From: Andalucia godoyi And28
Taxonomy: Eukaryota > Protista > Jakobida
Direction: 5' to 3'
Assembly: GCA_009859145.1 (NCBI GenBank)
Contig: VRVR01000032.1
Span: forward strand, 28,854-92,853
Length of the DNA stretch: 64,000 nt
Numbering within the stretch: the stretch's first letter is position 1; the number at the start of each line of letters is the position of its first letter. The position numbers and the translations under genes were made by a program. Below are positions 42,966 through 53,922 of the stretch, one piece after another. A model generated the notes under the pieces. It was not told where the DNA came from. It worked only from the letters and a program-made list of their open reading frames with translations, and made no database searches.

Positions 42966-45080
42966 TCAGTTTCCGTTCATGAGTAAAGCAGGACCGTTTT
43001 GGACCAGCGAAAATACGATTCCTGTGCGACACGGCAGGTACACCAACATCGAGTAAGGACGTCCGCCGAACGGAAAGGTCTCCGCACTGTACTTCACCTT
43101 GTGATCCAGTCGGCTGTGGCCATCAAACTCGGGCGCGTCCGTATCCAGGACCACCTCGTAGACTCCCAGAGAGGGAACGCCAATTCTGTACTCCTGGTAC
43201 GACTGGGACCAGTGGAAGTTGAATGCAAACACAGTTGGACGAAGTCCGCGATCAAAAACGATCACCTTGTCTCCGTCGTGGTGACACGACACAAATCCGT
43301 AGGGCGCCGCAAGCCACTGGCACTTTTGTTCGCACCGATTCATGGCAGCATCGAACGCTTCTAGTGCACCGTAACGAAGGTTCTGGTCTGCAGGCAAGTC
43401 CCAGCGCCGCCTGCAGTGGTGGAACGACTCCCCATTTCCTGCTCTAGGAAAATCGATCCATTCTGGATGTCCAAATTCATTTCCCATGAAAGTCAGGTAT
43501 CCTTCTCCACCGAGCCCTTGCGTAATAAGCCTTGCCATCTTGTGAATCGCAATTCCTCGATCGACAACAGGCGTTCGATCAGTGAACTTCGACATGTGCG
43601 TGTACATCTCCTTGTCCATGAGCCAAAACGCGATCGTCTTGGATCCCACGAGCGCTTGATCATGACTCTCAACATATGCGATATTTGGTTCCTTGTAGCG
43701 TCGGTTGTTCAGTTGGTGGCAGATGTGACTCATGCTCCAGTCTTCGTCGCGCACTTTGGAACACAGCTCCTCCCACATATCCGGAAGACTCATTGCCAGG
43801 CGATAGTCAAAGCCAATGCCGCCGTCTTCAAATGTTCTGCACAGTCCAGGTAGTCCAGAAACATCTTCCGCGATGGTGACAATGAAAGGGTACAGTTCGT
43901 GAAGTAGCTTGTTCGCCAACATCAAATACACCACCGCACTGTAATCCAAGGAAGGACCAAAGTACGTCGAGTAGTCGCCGAAACCCACACCCATACCGTG
44001 GTGGTGATACAGCATGGACGTCACGCCGTCGAATCGGAAGCCATCAAAGCGGTACTCCTCGACCCACATGCGGAGGTTGGACAGCAAGAACCGTAGCGTC
44101 TCATACCTCCCGTAATCAAACAGTCTTGAATCCCACAATGGGTGTTCGCCTTTGAAATAGTGCTCGTCCACTGAACCGTCATACTGATTCAGACCATCGA
44201 GAACATTCTTGGAAGCGTGCGAATGCACAACATCCAGCAGCACAATGATTCCGAGCCCATGAGCAGTGTCCACCAGCTGCTTCAGTTCGTGCGGGAATCC
44301 AAAGCGTGAGGACGGCGCAAAAAAGTTCGTAACCTGGTATCCAAAGCTTGCATAGTACGCATGCTCCATCACCGCCATGATCTGAATTGCATTGTATCCA
44401 AGCCGTTTCACACGCGGCAGCACCTCCGTTGCAAACTGCAAATAAGAAGAAATCTTAGGCTCCACAGACGACATTCCAACATGGCACTCGTAGATTCGAA
44501 GGTCCTTCTTGTCAAACTGGGGCCGAGGAAACCGCCACTCAAACACCCTATCAAAATACACAAGCCCCGTATAAATCGGCTGGTCCTTTTCTTGCACACA
44601 GCGGTTCATCCATGCCGGAATCCTGTCAATCCACGAGCCATCCTTCATCTGAAACGTGATTTTCAGTCGAGAATGCTCTGCAATGCTGAGCCCGCGAAAG
44701 CTCCCCGAGAACGTCCCAAACGGATCCCGTTCCAATCGGTGAGTTTCGCGACTCCAGCCGTTAAAATCTCCAAAAATAGCAGCCGCAACTGCATTCGGCG
44801 CCCATTCTCGCACAGTCATCGATTCTCCATTTCCATTATTACTCCCAAAATGAACTCCGTATTTCTTATATGAAAAAGAAAAGGCGTCCAACGAGCCTTC
44901 GTTCTTGGATATCTCGGATTCCAAACGAAGTGTCTGCGCCATCAAATGACGAAACACACCTTCATAAGGTGCCAAGTATGCATCATCTTCAATCACCGGC
45001 AACGGTCTGCTTCTCGCTACCGTTTTTGGACTCGCAGATCGCGGGCGCACAAGCTCAGACTCTGAATCACAAGTCGACAT
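42966..45080 (-). CDS. GBE1: 1,4-alpha-glucan branching enzyme (GH13_8)
   Basis: REWAPNA, IYECHVG, FGYQVTNFFA, GFRFDGVTSM, AEDVSG, YVESHDQ, FMGNEFGHPEWIDFPR. Confidence 0.97.
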   Translation of the reverse strand: MSTCDSESELVRPRSASPKTVARSRPLPVIEDDAYLAPYEGVFRHLMAQTLRLESEISKNEGSLDAFSFSYKKYGVHFGSNNGNGESMTVREWAPNAVAAAIFGDFNGWSRETHRLERDPFGTFSGSFRGLSIAEHSRLKITFQMKDGSWIDRIPAWMNRCVQEKDQPIYTGLVYFDRVFEWRFPRPQFDKKDLRIYECHVGMSSVEPKISSYLQFATEVLPRVKRLGYNAIQIMAVMEHAYYASFGYQVTNFFAPSSRFGFPHELKQLVDTAHGLGIIVLLDVVHSHASKNVLDGLNQYDGSVDEHYFKGEHPLWDSRLFDYGRYETLRFLLSNLRMWVEEYRFDGFRFDGVTSMLYHHHGMGVGFGDYSTYFGPSLDYSAVVYLMLANKLLHELYPFIVTIAEDVSGLPGLCRTFEDGGIGFDYRLAMSLPDMWEELCSKVRDEDWSMSHICHQLNNRRYKEPNIAYVESHDQALVGSKTIAFWLMDKEMYTHMSKFTDRTPVVDRGIAIHKMARLITQGLGGEGYLTFMGNEFGHPEWIDFPRAGNGESFHHCRRRWDLPADQNLRYGALEAFDAAMNRCEQKCQWLAAPYGFVSCHHDGDKVIVFDRGLRPTVFAFNFHWSQSYQEYRIGVPSLGVYEVVLDTDAPEFDGHSRLDHKVKYSAETFPFGGRPYSMLVYLPCRTGIVFSLVQNGPALLMNGN

Positions 45081-45485
45081 GTATTCTACTTCCCCTCAAC
45101 AACAACAAAACAAAACAAAACAAAACAAAACAAAACAAAACAAGAAGAAACACGTTCTTTCCCTCCACTCTTCCTTGACGAATGAAAACTGCCAATTCAA
45201 TCCAGGAAAAAGCAAGCGGAAAATGGTAAATATTGCTCTTTCCCTTTTCTTTTTTGTATTATTATTATTCTCTCTTTTTTTCCTTTATGGAAACTTTTTT
45301 GCTCTTTGAAGGGTTTATGAAAGTTCGACTAGTTCAATGGCTTCGTTGAACCTGATGGAAGAAAAAAAACCTGCGTCAACTTGCGAACAATGCGTCACGC
45401 AACTCGAAGGCGTTGCATCTATAGTACTACAGTTCCGCCGTAGACTACGGCTGCTTCATTTTCTTCATGGCCTCTGTTTCTCGGC

Positions 45486-47648
45486 ATGCGCTGCTGTCGT
45501 GATTCGCTGTTTTCGTCGTGCTTGCATGTTTGGACACTCTTGTATTGCTCTCGTTTACCTAGAAGCCACAGCAGGATGCAGGAACATGAGAGCACGCAAG
45601 AAGACGAGGGCTGGAGAGTGCCTTTGTTTGGGCCGAGAATTCCGAGTTCCTCGGCGACAGATGTCTCTTTGGCAGTATCCCGAATTCGAAGAAACCGAAG
45701 TATCCATCCAGAAACGACACACTGCAGCCCAGGATTCATGACGGAGTCTCCTGTTAGGACGGCTTTGCCCCTCGGATCCGTGCAGAAACAAACGGGCCGA
45801 CCACAGCAGCCTGTTTGCGTTCCACCTCTCTCGCTGTCCGAGTCGTTCTTTGCATCGAGGGATTCTTTGATGTTCAACACATACATCGCTACGTGCCTGT
45901 CCGAGAGAACTGCTCTTGAGCCCGAAAAGAAGCCGAAAGAAAGACCAAAATGGATTCCGTCACCAAGACTGACAGTCCCTAAGAAGGACGAAGTGGCTGC
46001 AAAGACGACAGTCAGTCTCCCTTATCTGGCTTCGTACACGGGGATCCAAGACCTGTCTGCGTCTCGAATTATCCGAGCTGCCCCAAAGAATTCAGTGCAT
46101 TTGTACGCGGAGTCGCTGTCCCGCCCTCCGGTTACTGTTCCTCATCGTCATCATCGACCCGGGCCAGTACCCCTGCAAGAAACATCTGCGACGACTACGG
46201 ATGCAGACTGCCGCATATCAGGACGAAGGTATGTGAGAGAAATGCTGAGAAGCTTGCGCTCGGACAGAGAGGCTTTGATGGACTTTGATTACAGAGTATG
46301 TCAACTGCAGAAACTGGAAAAGGAGACCAAGCATGCTTCGAATACCGGTGCAGCCACTCGGCGACAGACTGTGCCGGCTTCTGTCGACTGCAAAATCGAG
46401 AGAAAGCGCAGACTTATGACAGAAAAACGAATCGAAGAAGAAATCCTGAGTGTGCACAGAATGAAGCAGCTCGAAGAATCCTTGGTGAATGCTGCAACCA
46501 AAAAGAAACTGTACGATCTCAAAAACGCGCCATCCACGCGCAAGATGGTGCGGCTGTGGTACAGAATGATTTATACGGTAAGCATTGTTCCTGCATGGAT
46601 GTCCGCCATCGAAAAGAGGAGGACCGATCGGCTGCGATACCTCATGACGCAGATCAAGGCTCGATATATACAGAGATGGTATCGTCGAGCAAGGCTCATT
46701 GCAGCCATCCGAATCATGTCTCGCTATGCGCTGTTTCTCTCCGTTCAACGACGAATTGTTCAGAAGCGTCGTGCTGTTTCAACAGTGAACTTCATCCTGA
46801 AGTCCAAGTACCGAATTCTAAAACTCCGATATGCAATTCGGAAATTCATGGTCGCGGTCCGTTTCGCACAGCGACGTCTCAGGATCCGCATGCTCTGCAT
46901 TCGCTCCAGAAAAGAGGTCTGGCACATGCAATTGCGTAATTTGGCCTCGGAATTTCTTGTCAAGGGACTGGATGCTCTCGCATTCGACGCATGCATGGAC
47001 ATGCTGCTTCAAGGTAAGCCTTTGCTGACTGTTTTAGCAGCAGCCGACGCAGCAGCCAAGCAAAAAGCATCCTTTCGTGCATCCAGCAGGGCCAAGCCAG
47101 CACCGAGTGGAAGCGTGGCTGGAACGGATGGAACGCCACCGAAATTCGAACTGAGCGAGACCATTCTCAGGATCCAAGTCGAGGAACTCTGGAGACGCCA
47201 AAAAGGAGAATGGCTGCTCTTGTGCCACCAGTATCGCCGAAAGCTTCGCGACTTTGTGGAAGAAGAAGAAAAGGCAGAAGAAGATGCCAAGCACAAGCCT
47301 GGCGCTGCAGCAAAGAATTTGACAACCGCGAAAACGAACAGTCTCCCTTTTCAAGGCGGAAAAGTCCGTCCTGATGCGAATGCCGGGGTCGTTCCGCGAA
47401 AAAGAAAGACTCTGCTGACATATGAAGAACAAGAAAAGGAACGGGTCGCAGACGCTGCTGCAGAACGGCGCCGAGATCTGCAGCGGGCTTTCGAGGAAAC
47501 GACTGGACTGCGAGAACCACGAATCCGGTATTCTTTGAAAATGGAAGAACTTGCGACTCTCGCAAAGTCCGCAGCGTCTTCGTGGGTCGCAAACATTGAG
47601 CGCCAGAAGCGACGCATGATGAACAGAGCCAAGTCCGGGCCCAGCTGA
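45486..47648 (+). CDS. Hypothetical basic protein with IQ-like motifs; start uncertain
   Basis: IQRWYRRAR and FAQRRLR segments resemble IQ motifs. Confidence 0.65.
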   Translation: MRCCRDSLFSSCLHVWTLLYCSRLPRSHSRMQEHESTQEDEGWRVPLFGPRIPSSSATDVSLAVSRIRRNRSIHPETTHCSPGFMTESPVRTALPLGSVQKQTGRPQQPVCVPPLSLSESFFASRDSLMFNTYIATCLSERTALEPEKKPKERPKWIPSPRLTVPKKDEVAAKTTVSLPYLASYTGIQDLSASRIIRAAPKNSVHLYAESLSRPPVTVPHRHHRPGPVPLQETSATTTDADCRISGRRYVREMLRSLRSDREALMDFDYRVCQLQKLEKETKHASNTGAATRRQTVPASVDCKIERKRRLMTEKRIEEEILSVHRMKQLEESLVNAATKKKLYDLKNAPSTRKMVRLWYRMIYTVSIVPAWMSAIEKRRTDRLRYLMTQIKARYIQRWYRRARLIAAIRIMSRYALFLSVQRRIVQKRRAVSTVNFILKSKYRILKLRYAIRKFMVAVRFAQRRLRIRMLCIRSRKEVWHMQLRNLASEFLVKGLDALAFDACMDMLLQGKPLLTVLAAADAAAKQKASFRASSRAKPAPSGSVAGTDGTPPKFELSETILRIQVEELWRRQKGEWLLLCHQYRRKLRDFVEEEEKAEEDAKHKPGAAAKNLTTAKTNSLPFQGGKVRPDANAGVVPRKRKTLLTYEEQEKERVADAAAERRRDLQRAFEETTGLREPRIRYSLKMEELATLAKSAASSWVANIERQKRRMMNRAKSGPS

Positions 47649-47970
47649 CAACGGACATCTCGCTCCCCATGCCCCTCACTTCTCCCTCCCCCGCCTTTCT
47701 GCTCTGCTCTGCTCCGTGTTCCGGCGGCTGTAAAATCTGTCCGTTTGGATTTTTTGTATTTCCTCTTTCGTCTTCATCAGAACTTTTCATTCTTCCATAT
47801 AAATTATCCATTTAACGATTGAACGAAAACTCATTTTCATACATACATACTCTACGTATAATTAATTTGCTGATTTTTGAATTTTACAGGAAGGGAGGGT
47901 TTGATTTCTTGAAAAGCGAGTACTCAGATATTGTGTGATTGGTCGGCTTTTCGAATGTCCGAGTGCTTGA

Positions 47971-50900
47971 ATGGTGACGGATCTCGACAGAATAGCCAAG
48001 ACGGCTCTTGATGGAACATTTCAGAGCGCATTGATCGCAAGTCGGCAGCTTCGCACGCTGGTCAAAGACGAAGGAAAGCGCCGCCGACTGCTGACATATG
48101 ATCATGTTCTACGGGCGATTGTAGCGATTGGAAAACACGAAAATGATGATGTTCAAAGAGACCTGTCTATTGCACTCCACTCCATTTCCAAGGCTGCTCC
48201 AGACGGGTTTGAGCGGTTTGCTTCCGAGTTTAATGGCTTTTCTGTCATTGCAGCGTTGCTCCGTGCGTCTGACCAGCAATGCCTTCTGTACGCTGCTCGG
48301 ACTGTCACGAATATCGCATCCGTAACCTCGCTGATCCACTTGCTCATTGCGCAAGGGTGCGTGCTGCCGCTGGTGGGCATCTTGAAATCGGTTCGGTTGG
48401 CGGTTAAGATCAGAGTGGCTGGAATCCGAGCGTTGGGAAGCCTGTGCCACGGCCCAGTCGCGGTCCGCATGCTCACGATCTGGGCAGTTCCGCCTGCCCT
48501 TGAGCTGGTCACGAAGATTGGCAGCTGCGATGACGATGGCAATGAGTATGTTACGAATGCGCGTTCGTTGGACACTGTTAGCTTCGACGGGTCGAGGCAG
48601 CTCAACAGTTCGACGTTTGCGGGACACATGTCCGGTGTAATTCTGGACGATGAATGGAAGGGGCTCCGATCCTTGCCAGAATCGACCACAACTTCCGCAT
48701 TGCCTTCGCGTCCACAGTCTGCGAATCCAGTGATTCGAGTGACGCGGGACTCGAAAGATTCGCGATACAGTTCACTCAATTTGGACGACTTAAGATTGAG
48801 CCCGAGTCCGAAAAGGGGGTTTTCGGAAAGTGACTTTTTGTCAAAAATCGGTTCCAATAGAACCTCGTTGTTTTCGAGCGCTTCTCCTTCAAGGAATGGC
48901 ATGAATGGGACAGCAACGACGGGGGCAACTAATAGCGGCGTTTCGTCTGCCATCCGTTCGCAGATCTGCGAGTCCTTTGTGCTGTGGTGCTCGAACGAAA
49001 GAATGGTGAGCACCATGCTGGACACGTACAAGGATGTCGGGAGAGTGCTTCTTTCCGTATCAGTAGCGGACCCAGATGTGATTGTCCGTAGACAGGCGCT
49101 TTCTGCGTGCAGAGAAATCACATGCTTCAAAAAGGGCGTTCGTTGTGTTCTCAGCGGAGTCGCAGAGCACGTCTCCTTGATGAAACAGGCGCTTTTGCAA
49201 GTTCCTGCAGATTCTGATTTTGATGTTCGACATGCATTTGTAATCATGCTGGAGCATTGTCTAGAGCTGCGGCCGAGTTCACTTTCTGATGTCGTCTCGG
49301 GAGAGACGTTTTTTGATATTGAAAAGATCATCTTGTCGAACATGTCGATTTCGCTGGCTCTGGCTGTCCTCCGGTCGTCATCCAACACACCCATGCTATC
49401 CCGCATCGTTGTCGGCAGTCTTGCAGAGCGATGGTCCGAACTGTGCATTCATGCCCATCCCTTTGAACGAAACAACATTGTGTCCGGTCTCTTGTCGGCT
49501 TTGCGGAATGCAGCAAATTCTGGTACGAAGCTGAATGTAGTGAAGTCCCTCGAGCGAATGCTTACTGTCGATCCAGAATTTGCAACACGAACGGTGAAAT
49601 TAGAAGGATTTCAGATTTTGCTGTCTATGCTCAATGCTCGTGTGTCTCCTGCCACGCGTGTGACATCTGCCCGCTGCTTGATGCATTTGTCGTTGTTTAT
49701 GAGTCTCGACAATTTAGCAGCCGGGTCTCTTTCTCCGATGGCTTCCCTGCTGGAGGAGGCACACAAGAATTACTCCACGAAGCCGGCACCTGGATTAGGG
49801 GTGGTCGGTGCGCGAGGAACGTCGACATCGTCCTTGCTTTCTGTGATTTCTGCGTCGGGCTCCAGGGGAAAGAAGACTATGCACACACCGGGGTCGTCGT
49901 TTGACACCGCTGAATCGGATTCTACAGAGCCGTCACCTCGTGGGAATTTAGCTAAAGATGTGAGCCGATACACGTCTCTGAATGGCAGCTTGACCGCAAA
50001 TGGAGAGAACGACGACATTTCTGTTGCAACTCCTGCTTTCTGGCACACGTGCATTTGTGTGACCCTTGAAACGTTTTTGCGGCTATCCAAGCTGGGAGCA
50101 GACATGAGAACACGGATTCTCTCTCGCGGAGTTTTGCCGTATGTTATCCAGCTGTCGAAAACCCAGGATCTTGCGCTGCTGCTGCTTGGAGTGTTCATCG
50201 AGGACAAGCTAGCCCTCAGTTCTTTTGACTCGGCAAGTATCGTCCAAGTTTTGGCAGACAGATTCGCGACTGGGCAGATCCCTTCGGGTGTGGCGTTACC
50301 GTTTGTGCGCACCTTGGGGTATGTTGGTGATGTTGCCGAGAATTTACTGGTGAAAATTTTCACAGCAGACTGGACTGCATTTTCCTTCATGACGGCTGCT
50401 GCGGAGACTCCGAAATCCGCCATGACGCCAAGCGCGGAGCTTTCTTCGCCGTCGCATCAACAGTCATCCGTTTCATCTTCTTACAACCCGACGAAAACGC
50501 TCTCTCGTGCCTTCTCCGTGTTTTCGCGCAAAAGGGAGGAAGCTGTCGCGATTCCGGAGCCTCCGGTGACAACCTCTCCGAGTTCCAATGCCCCGAATTG
50601 GTCGTTGTGCATGCAGAACGCAGCTTCGGCTTTTACAATGATTCAATTCCGACGGGACCTATTTCGGGCGCTGCAGCCCCTCGCGGATAAACCGCAGTTC
50701 ATCACCCAGTGCGGCTCCATTGCTGTTCAGTGGTTTTTCCAACTCGGCGATGCAGCCCTTGCGCACTTGTGTATTCCCGTGATTGCCTATGCAAAAACAA
50801 ACCCCGAGTTTGCAAGCACAATCACCACAGTCGCCAAGAACCTGTCGCTGGAATCACTGGAATCAGCTCTACGGCAGAAGATCATTTCAAACGGAGGATC

Positions 50901-51342
50901 TCCGAAAACTCGTCCAAGATCGGCAGTCTCCCCTTCACGACGGACGATCGTCGAGGATGATCTGGATGCCGCATCTCCTGTGAAACAACGTCCGGCCTCT
51001 GCGATTCCGAGGCGACCTTCGTCGGCAGCTAGTTTCCGGCCGTCGTCTGCAACTGGAGACGGCCGAAAATTGTATCAGCCTCCTTCCAAGCTTTTCTCGC
51101 CAGCACCGCGGCCCGGGGCCAGCACCCCACACACCAGAAATCGTCCTTCATCTGCAGTGTCCTTTGCGCCCCACAGCGAGATCGCTGCGTCGCCGTCCTT
51201 TTCGCCGTCACATTCTGTTGTGGCGACCAAACGACCAGACTCTGGCTTGTCGTCACGACCGCCGTCTGCCATGTCTCGCCCAGCTTCCGCGGCAAGTTCC
51301 CGACCAGTTTCCACAGCTCGAAACCGATCAATCTGGCGCTAA
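47971..51342 (+). CDS. Armadillo/HEAT-repeat protein with disordered C-terminus
   Basis: 1123-aa ORF with repeated ARM-like helices (AARTVTNIA, ALGSLC, SARCLMHLS). Confidence 0.8.
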   Translation: MVTDLDRIAKTALDGTFQSALIASRQLRTLVKDEGKRRRLLTYDHVLRAIVAIGKHENDDVQRDLSIALHSISKAAPDGFERFASEFNGFSVIAALLRASDQQCLLYAARTVTNIASVTSLIHLLIAQGCVLPLVGILKSVRLAVKIRVAGIRALGSLCHGPVAVRMLTIWAVPPALELVTKIGSCDDDGNEYVTNARSLDTVSFDGSRQLNSSTFAGHMSGVILDDEWKGLRSLPESTTTSALPSRPQSANPVIRVTRDSKDSRYSSLNLDDLRLSPSPKRGFSESDFLSKIGSNRTSLFSSASPSRNGMNGTATTGATNSGVSSAIRSQICESFVLWCSNERMVSTMLDTYKDVGRVLLSVSVADPDVIVRRQALSACREITCFKKGVRCVLSGVAEHVSLMKQALLQVPADSDFDVRHAFVIMLEHCLELRPSSLSDVVSGETFFDIEKIILSNMSISLALAVLRSSSNTPMLSRIVVGSLAERWSELCIHAHPFERNNIVSGLLSALRNAANSGTKLNVVKSLERMLTVDPEFATRTVKLEGFQILLSMLNARVSPATRVTSARCLMHLSLFMSLDNLAAGSLSPMASLLEEAHKNYSTKPAPGLGVVGARGTSTSSLLSVISASGSRGKKTMHTPGSSFDTAESDSTEPSPRGNLAKDVSRYTSLNGSLTANGENDDISVATPAFWHTCICVTLETFLRLSKLGADMRTRILSRGVLPYVIQLSKTQDLALLLLGVFIEDKLALSSFDSASIVQVLADRFATGQIPSGVALPFVRTLGYVGDVAENLLVKIFTADWTAFSFMTAAAETPKSAMTPSAELSSPSHQQSSVSSSYNPTKTLSRAFSVFSRKREEAVAIPEPPVTTSPSSNAPNWSLCMQNAASAFTMIQFRRDLFRALQPLADKPQFITQCGSIAVQWFFQLGDAALAHLCIPVIAYAKTNPEFASTITTVAKNLSLESLESALRQKIISNGGSPKTRPRSAVSPSRRTIVEDDLDAASPVKQRPASAIPRRPSSAASFRPSSATGDGRKLYQPPSKLFSPAPRPGASTPHTRNRPSSAVSFAPHSEIAASPSFSPSHSVVATKRPDSGLSSRPPSAMSRPASAASSRPVSTARNRSIWR

Positions 51343-51425
51343 TCCACGGATTTCCACCCCCGCCTCTGAAATCCGAATACTCTTTCTGATGTTGTACATT
51401 CCCCGCCACGCACGCCACCATCCTT

Positions 51426-51466
<41 letters not shown>

Positions 51467-51624
51467 TTGCGATTTCTCAGTTTTTGAATTTTATCACTTT
51501 GTAGAATACTGTATATTGAATCCATATCTTCTGTTTCCTGGACGTCGATACTTTTTAAAAGGTAATAATTACATTTTTCTTTCTTCTGGATGTTGCTTCT
51601 TCTTCCCACCCGTGTGCCACCCTC

Positions 51625-52749
51625 TCAGGTCCTTTTCGGATGCTGCGATGGTGGAGACTCGGCTACTTCGTCATCCTCATCCACCTCGACCTCCTCATAC
51701 TCGTATTCGGAGTCGTCCTCTTCGTCTTGCGTCTGTTTCGCCGAACTTGATGACGACTGTGCGCTGGCCATACTTCCGTGACGATTCAGTGACTTTGCAG
51801 AACTCGATGCCCTGGTATTTGCACTTGCATTGCCGTTGCCGTTGCTGCTACCACCAGCACCATTGTTGCTACCATTCGCATTTCCAGCGCTATTCTGGTT
51901 CTGTGAATTTGCAGTTGCAGAAGCATTGGCTGGTGACGATGGGCCAAGAGTATTGGAAGACGACGATGAGGTGGCCGCAAGACCGCCGGAAGAGCTGGTC
52001 GTCGTCAACAGCATGCTGTCTCGTCTTGTTTCCAGAGACCGGAGATCCTGGGACATCGACAAGACATTGGTGGCCATTCGAAATGGTGCTGCAGATTGCA
52101 ATGCTGCGTTTTCGACATCAAGTCCCATTCCAACGGCGTGAATGCGAGTGTACAAATCGAGTGCTTTTGCATGATACGCGATGTTTGCATGTGCCAAGCC
52201 CGTAGTAATCCCCTTCATCAGCAAAGCCCTTTCGCGTTCAAAGTCGACCATTTCCAGCTCAAAGTCGCTTTCCACTCTCTGCAGCTCTGCTTTCGCACCT
52301 TCGTATTCCGACGACGCTCGCGCGATCTTGGCACGGTCCTTGTTTGCTGCATTTTCCAGCTTGTCCAGCTGGCCCCGCGCATCAAGAGCCTTCTTCGAGC
52401 TTTGGTCAAGCTGCCTCAGCAAGCGACGCACGTGCTCGAACTTTGGGCGGAACTGCTTCAGAGACTTGCGACATTGCGCCTGCAGTCGAGTCGACAATGT
52501 CTCCAGCGCAGCATTCAACTCGGCCAGGTACCGAGTGACTTCCGTCAGCGATGCATTCAAAATCCCTGTGTTTTCATTCGCATGCTTCTGCATATCGACT
52601 GTGTATACTTGCAACTTTTCTTGACTGCCCATATGACCTCGAATCACTAGATCAATGTCATCCACCAGCACTTTCAAACGACGCTCAATCACATCGAGCC
52701 GTTCTCGATACTCGACCACGCGGTTATACGACGCCGATGCACTGCTCAT
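51625..52749 (-). CDS. BAR-domain protein, FAM92/CIBAR-like
   Basis: Helical N-terminal region with DFERER...YHAKALDLYT resembling FAM92; low-complexity tail. Confidence 0.7.
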   Translation of the reverse strand: MSSASASYNRVVEYRERLDVIERRLKVLVDDIDLVIRGHMGSQEKLQVYTVDMQKHANENTGILNASLTEVTRYLAELNAALETLSTRLQAQCRKSLKQFRPKFEHVRRLLRQLDQSSKKALDARGQLDKLENAANKDRAKIARASSEYEGAKAELQRVESDFELEMVDFERERALLMKGITTGLAHANIAYHAKALDLYTRIHAVGMGLDVENAALQSAAPFRMATNVLSMSQDLRSLETRRDSMLLTTTSSSGGLAATSSSSSNTLGPSSPANASATANSQNQNSAGNANGSNNGAGGSSNGNGNASANTRASSSAKSLNRHGSMASAQSSSSSAKQTQDEEDDSEYEYEEVEVDEDDEVAESPPSQHPKRT

Positions 52750-52987
52750 CTGCTTGGTTGCCACACACAATAAATATGTTCAAAAACGTTATTTTCTTTT
52801 TTTTTCTTTTTTTCTTTTGTTTTTGGTTGAAAGCTTTCAACAATGAAAAAGATTTTGATATTATAATAAATAAGTACAGTAAATACTATGAGAAAACTGA
52901 AAAGCCCGCTGTCCGTTAAGAGGAAAGAAAGGCGGTGATTTGATGAGGCTCGCAAAAAGAAAAGGGGGGTAAACAAAAAGGAAACTT

Positions 52988-53060
52988 GGGAACTGCCGGG
53001 AATCGAACCCGGGACCTCTCCGACCCTAACGGAGAATCATACCAACTAGACTACAGTTCC
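52988..53060 (-). tRNA. tRNA-Pro(AGG)
   Basis: Cloverleaf: GGAACTG/CAGTTCC acceptor, CTCCG-TTAGGGT-CGGAG anticodon arm, CCGGG-TTCGATT-CCCGG T arm, C73, T5 run just downstream. Confidence 0.96.
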
Positions 53061-53168
53061 ATCGACACTCAATACGACCTGGGGCGTTTATTATCACCAG
53101 TAATCTGTGTTCTTGGGATTACAACAGCTACTTCAGATTCTCGTTCATCTCATTTGCCGGCTCTGCCA

Positions 53169-53458
53169 CTCGCCCAAAACATGAATCATGATTGGCCATC
53201 GGGCTAAGCTGTCCCCGAAGACAGATTCAATTTGGGATGAGCACCAACTCCTCAATGCAGATTGCTCTGCATCAAAGGGTCGTCGCAACCACGAGTATCT
53301 TGGTTCTCGGCATCTGCGGGCATGGCTGGTTTTGAGTTTGTTGGGAAGATCCCTTTGTGGAGGAGCCATGCGGTGTTTTCTGTCTTTGATGAAAAAGGTG
53401 CTGCTTGAGGGCTCGATTGTAACGAAACACAAACAGAAGACAATCAGAAAGAGAAATA
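53169..53458. repeat. 290-bp dispersed structured element, copy R2
   Basis: Near-identical to 29931-30220, same orientation. Confidence 0.92.
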
Positions 53459-53700
53459 AATGGGGAGAAGAATGAAAGAAATTCTGGCCTTGACTACGAT
53501 AAGAAAATCGTATTGTTCTGATGTATCAATGCTGTTGATACACAAAGCTGTCAGCTGTTATGAAAGCAGCCAGCCGGTGGCTGAAAGACGTGTGCGATGA
53601 GGGAGCTCGCGATCGGTTGAAAAAAGCGGACGAGTCAAAACCTGGAGAAGAAGGAGGGGTCGTGTGTCCAACGATGTCTGAATCGAAATTAGAGTAGTGA

Positions 53701-53800
53701 GCGCAACATCTAATTCTGAATAACGCTTCGGCGTACTGGGGCCCACAATCCCTTCTGAATTGCGGTCACAATCGGTATCGATGCAACACCGAATGTAGAT
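53701..53800 (+). mobile_element. Decayed repeat family copy D
   Basis: GCGCAACATCTAATTCTGAA...GCGTACTGGGGCCCAC..CCCTT...GATGCAACAC is collinear with copy A motifs. Confidence 0.5.
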
Positions 53801-53922
53801 TGGTCAGCAATGATTCCCCATACTAAATGTATCATGTAGAGGAGACAATAAATCCATTTATTCTTTACGAGATTCGATGGATTCTGCCCTTCTTGCGCTT
53901 CTCAGAAATGGAGGGGAGGAAG

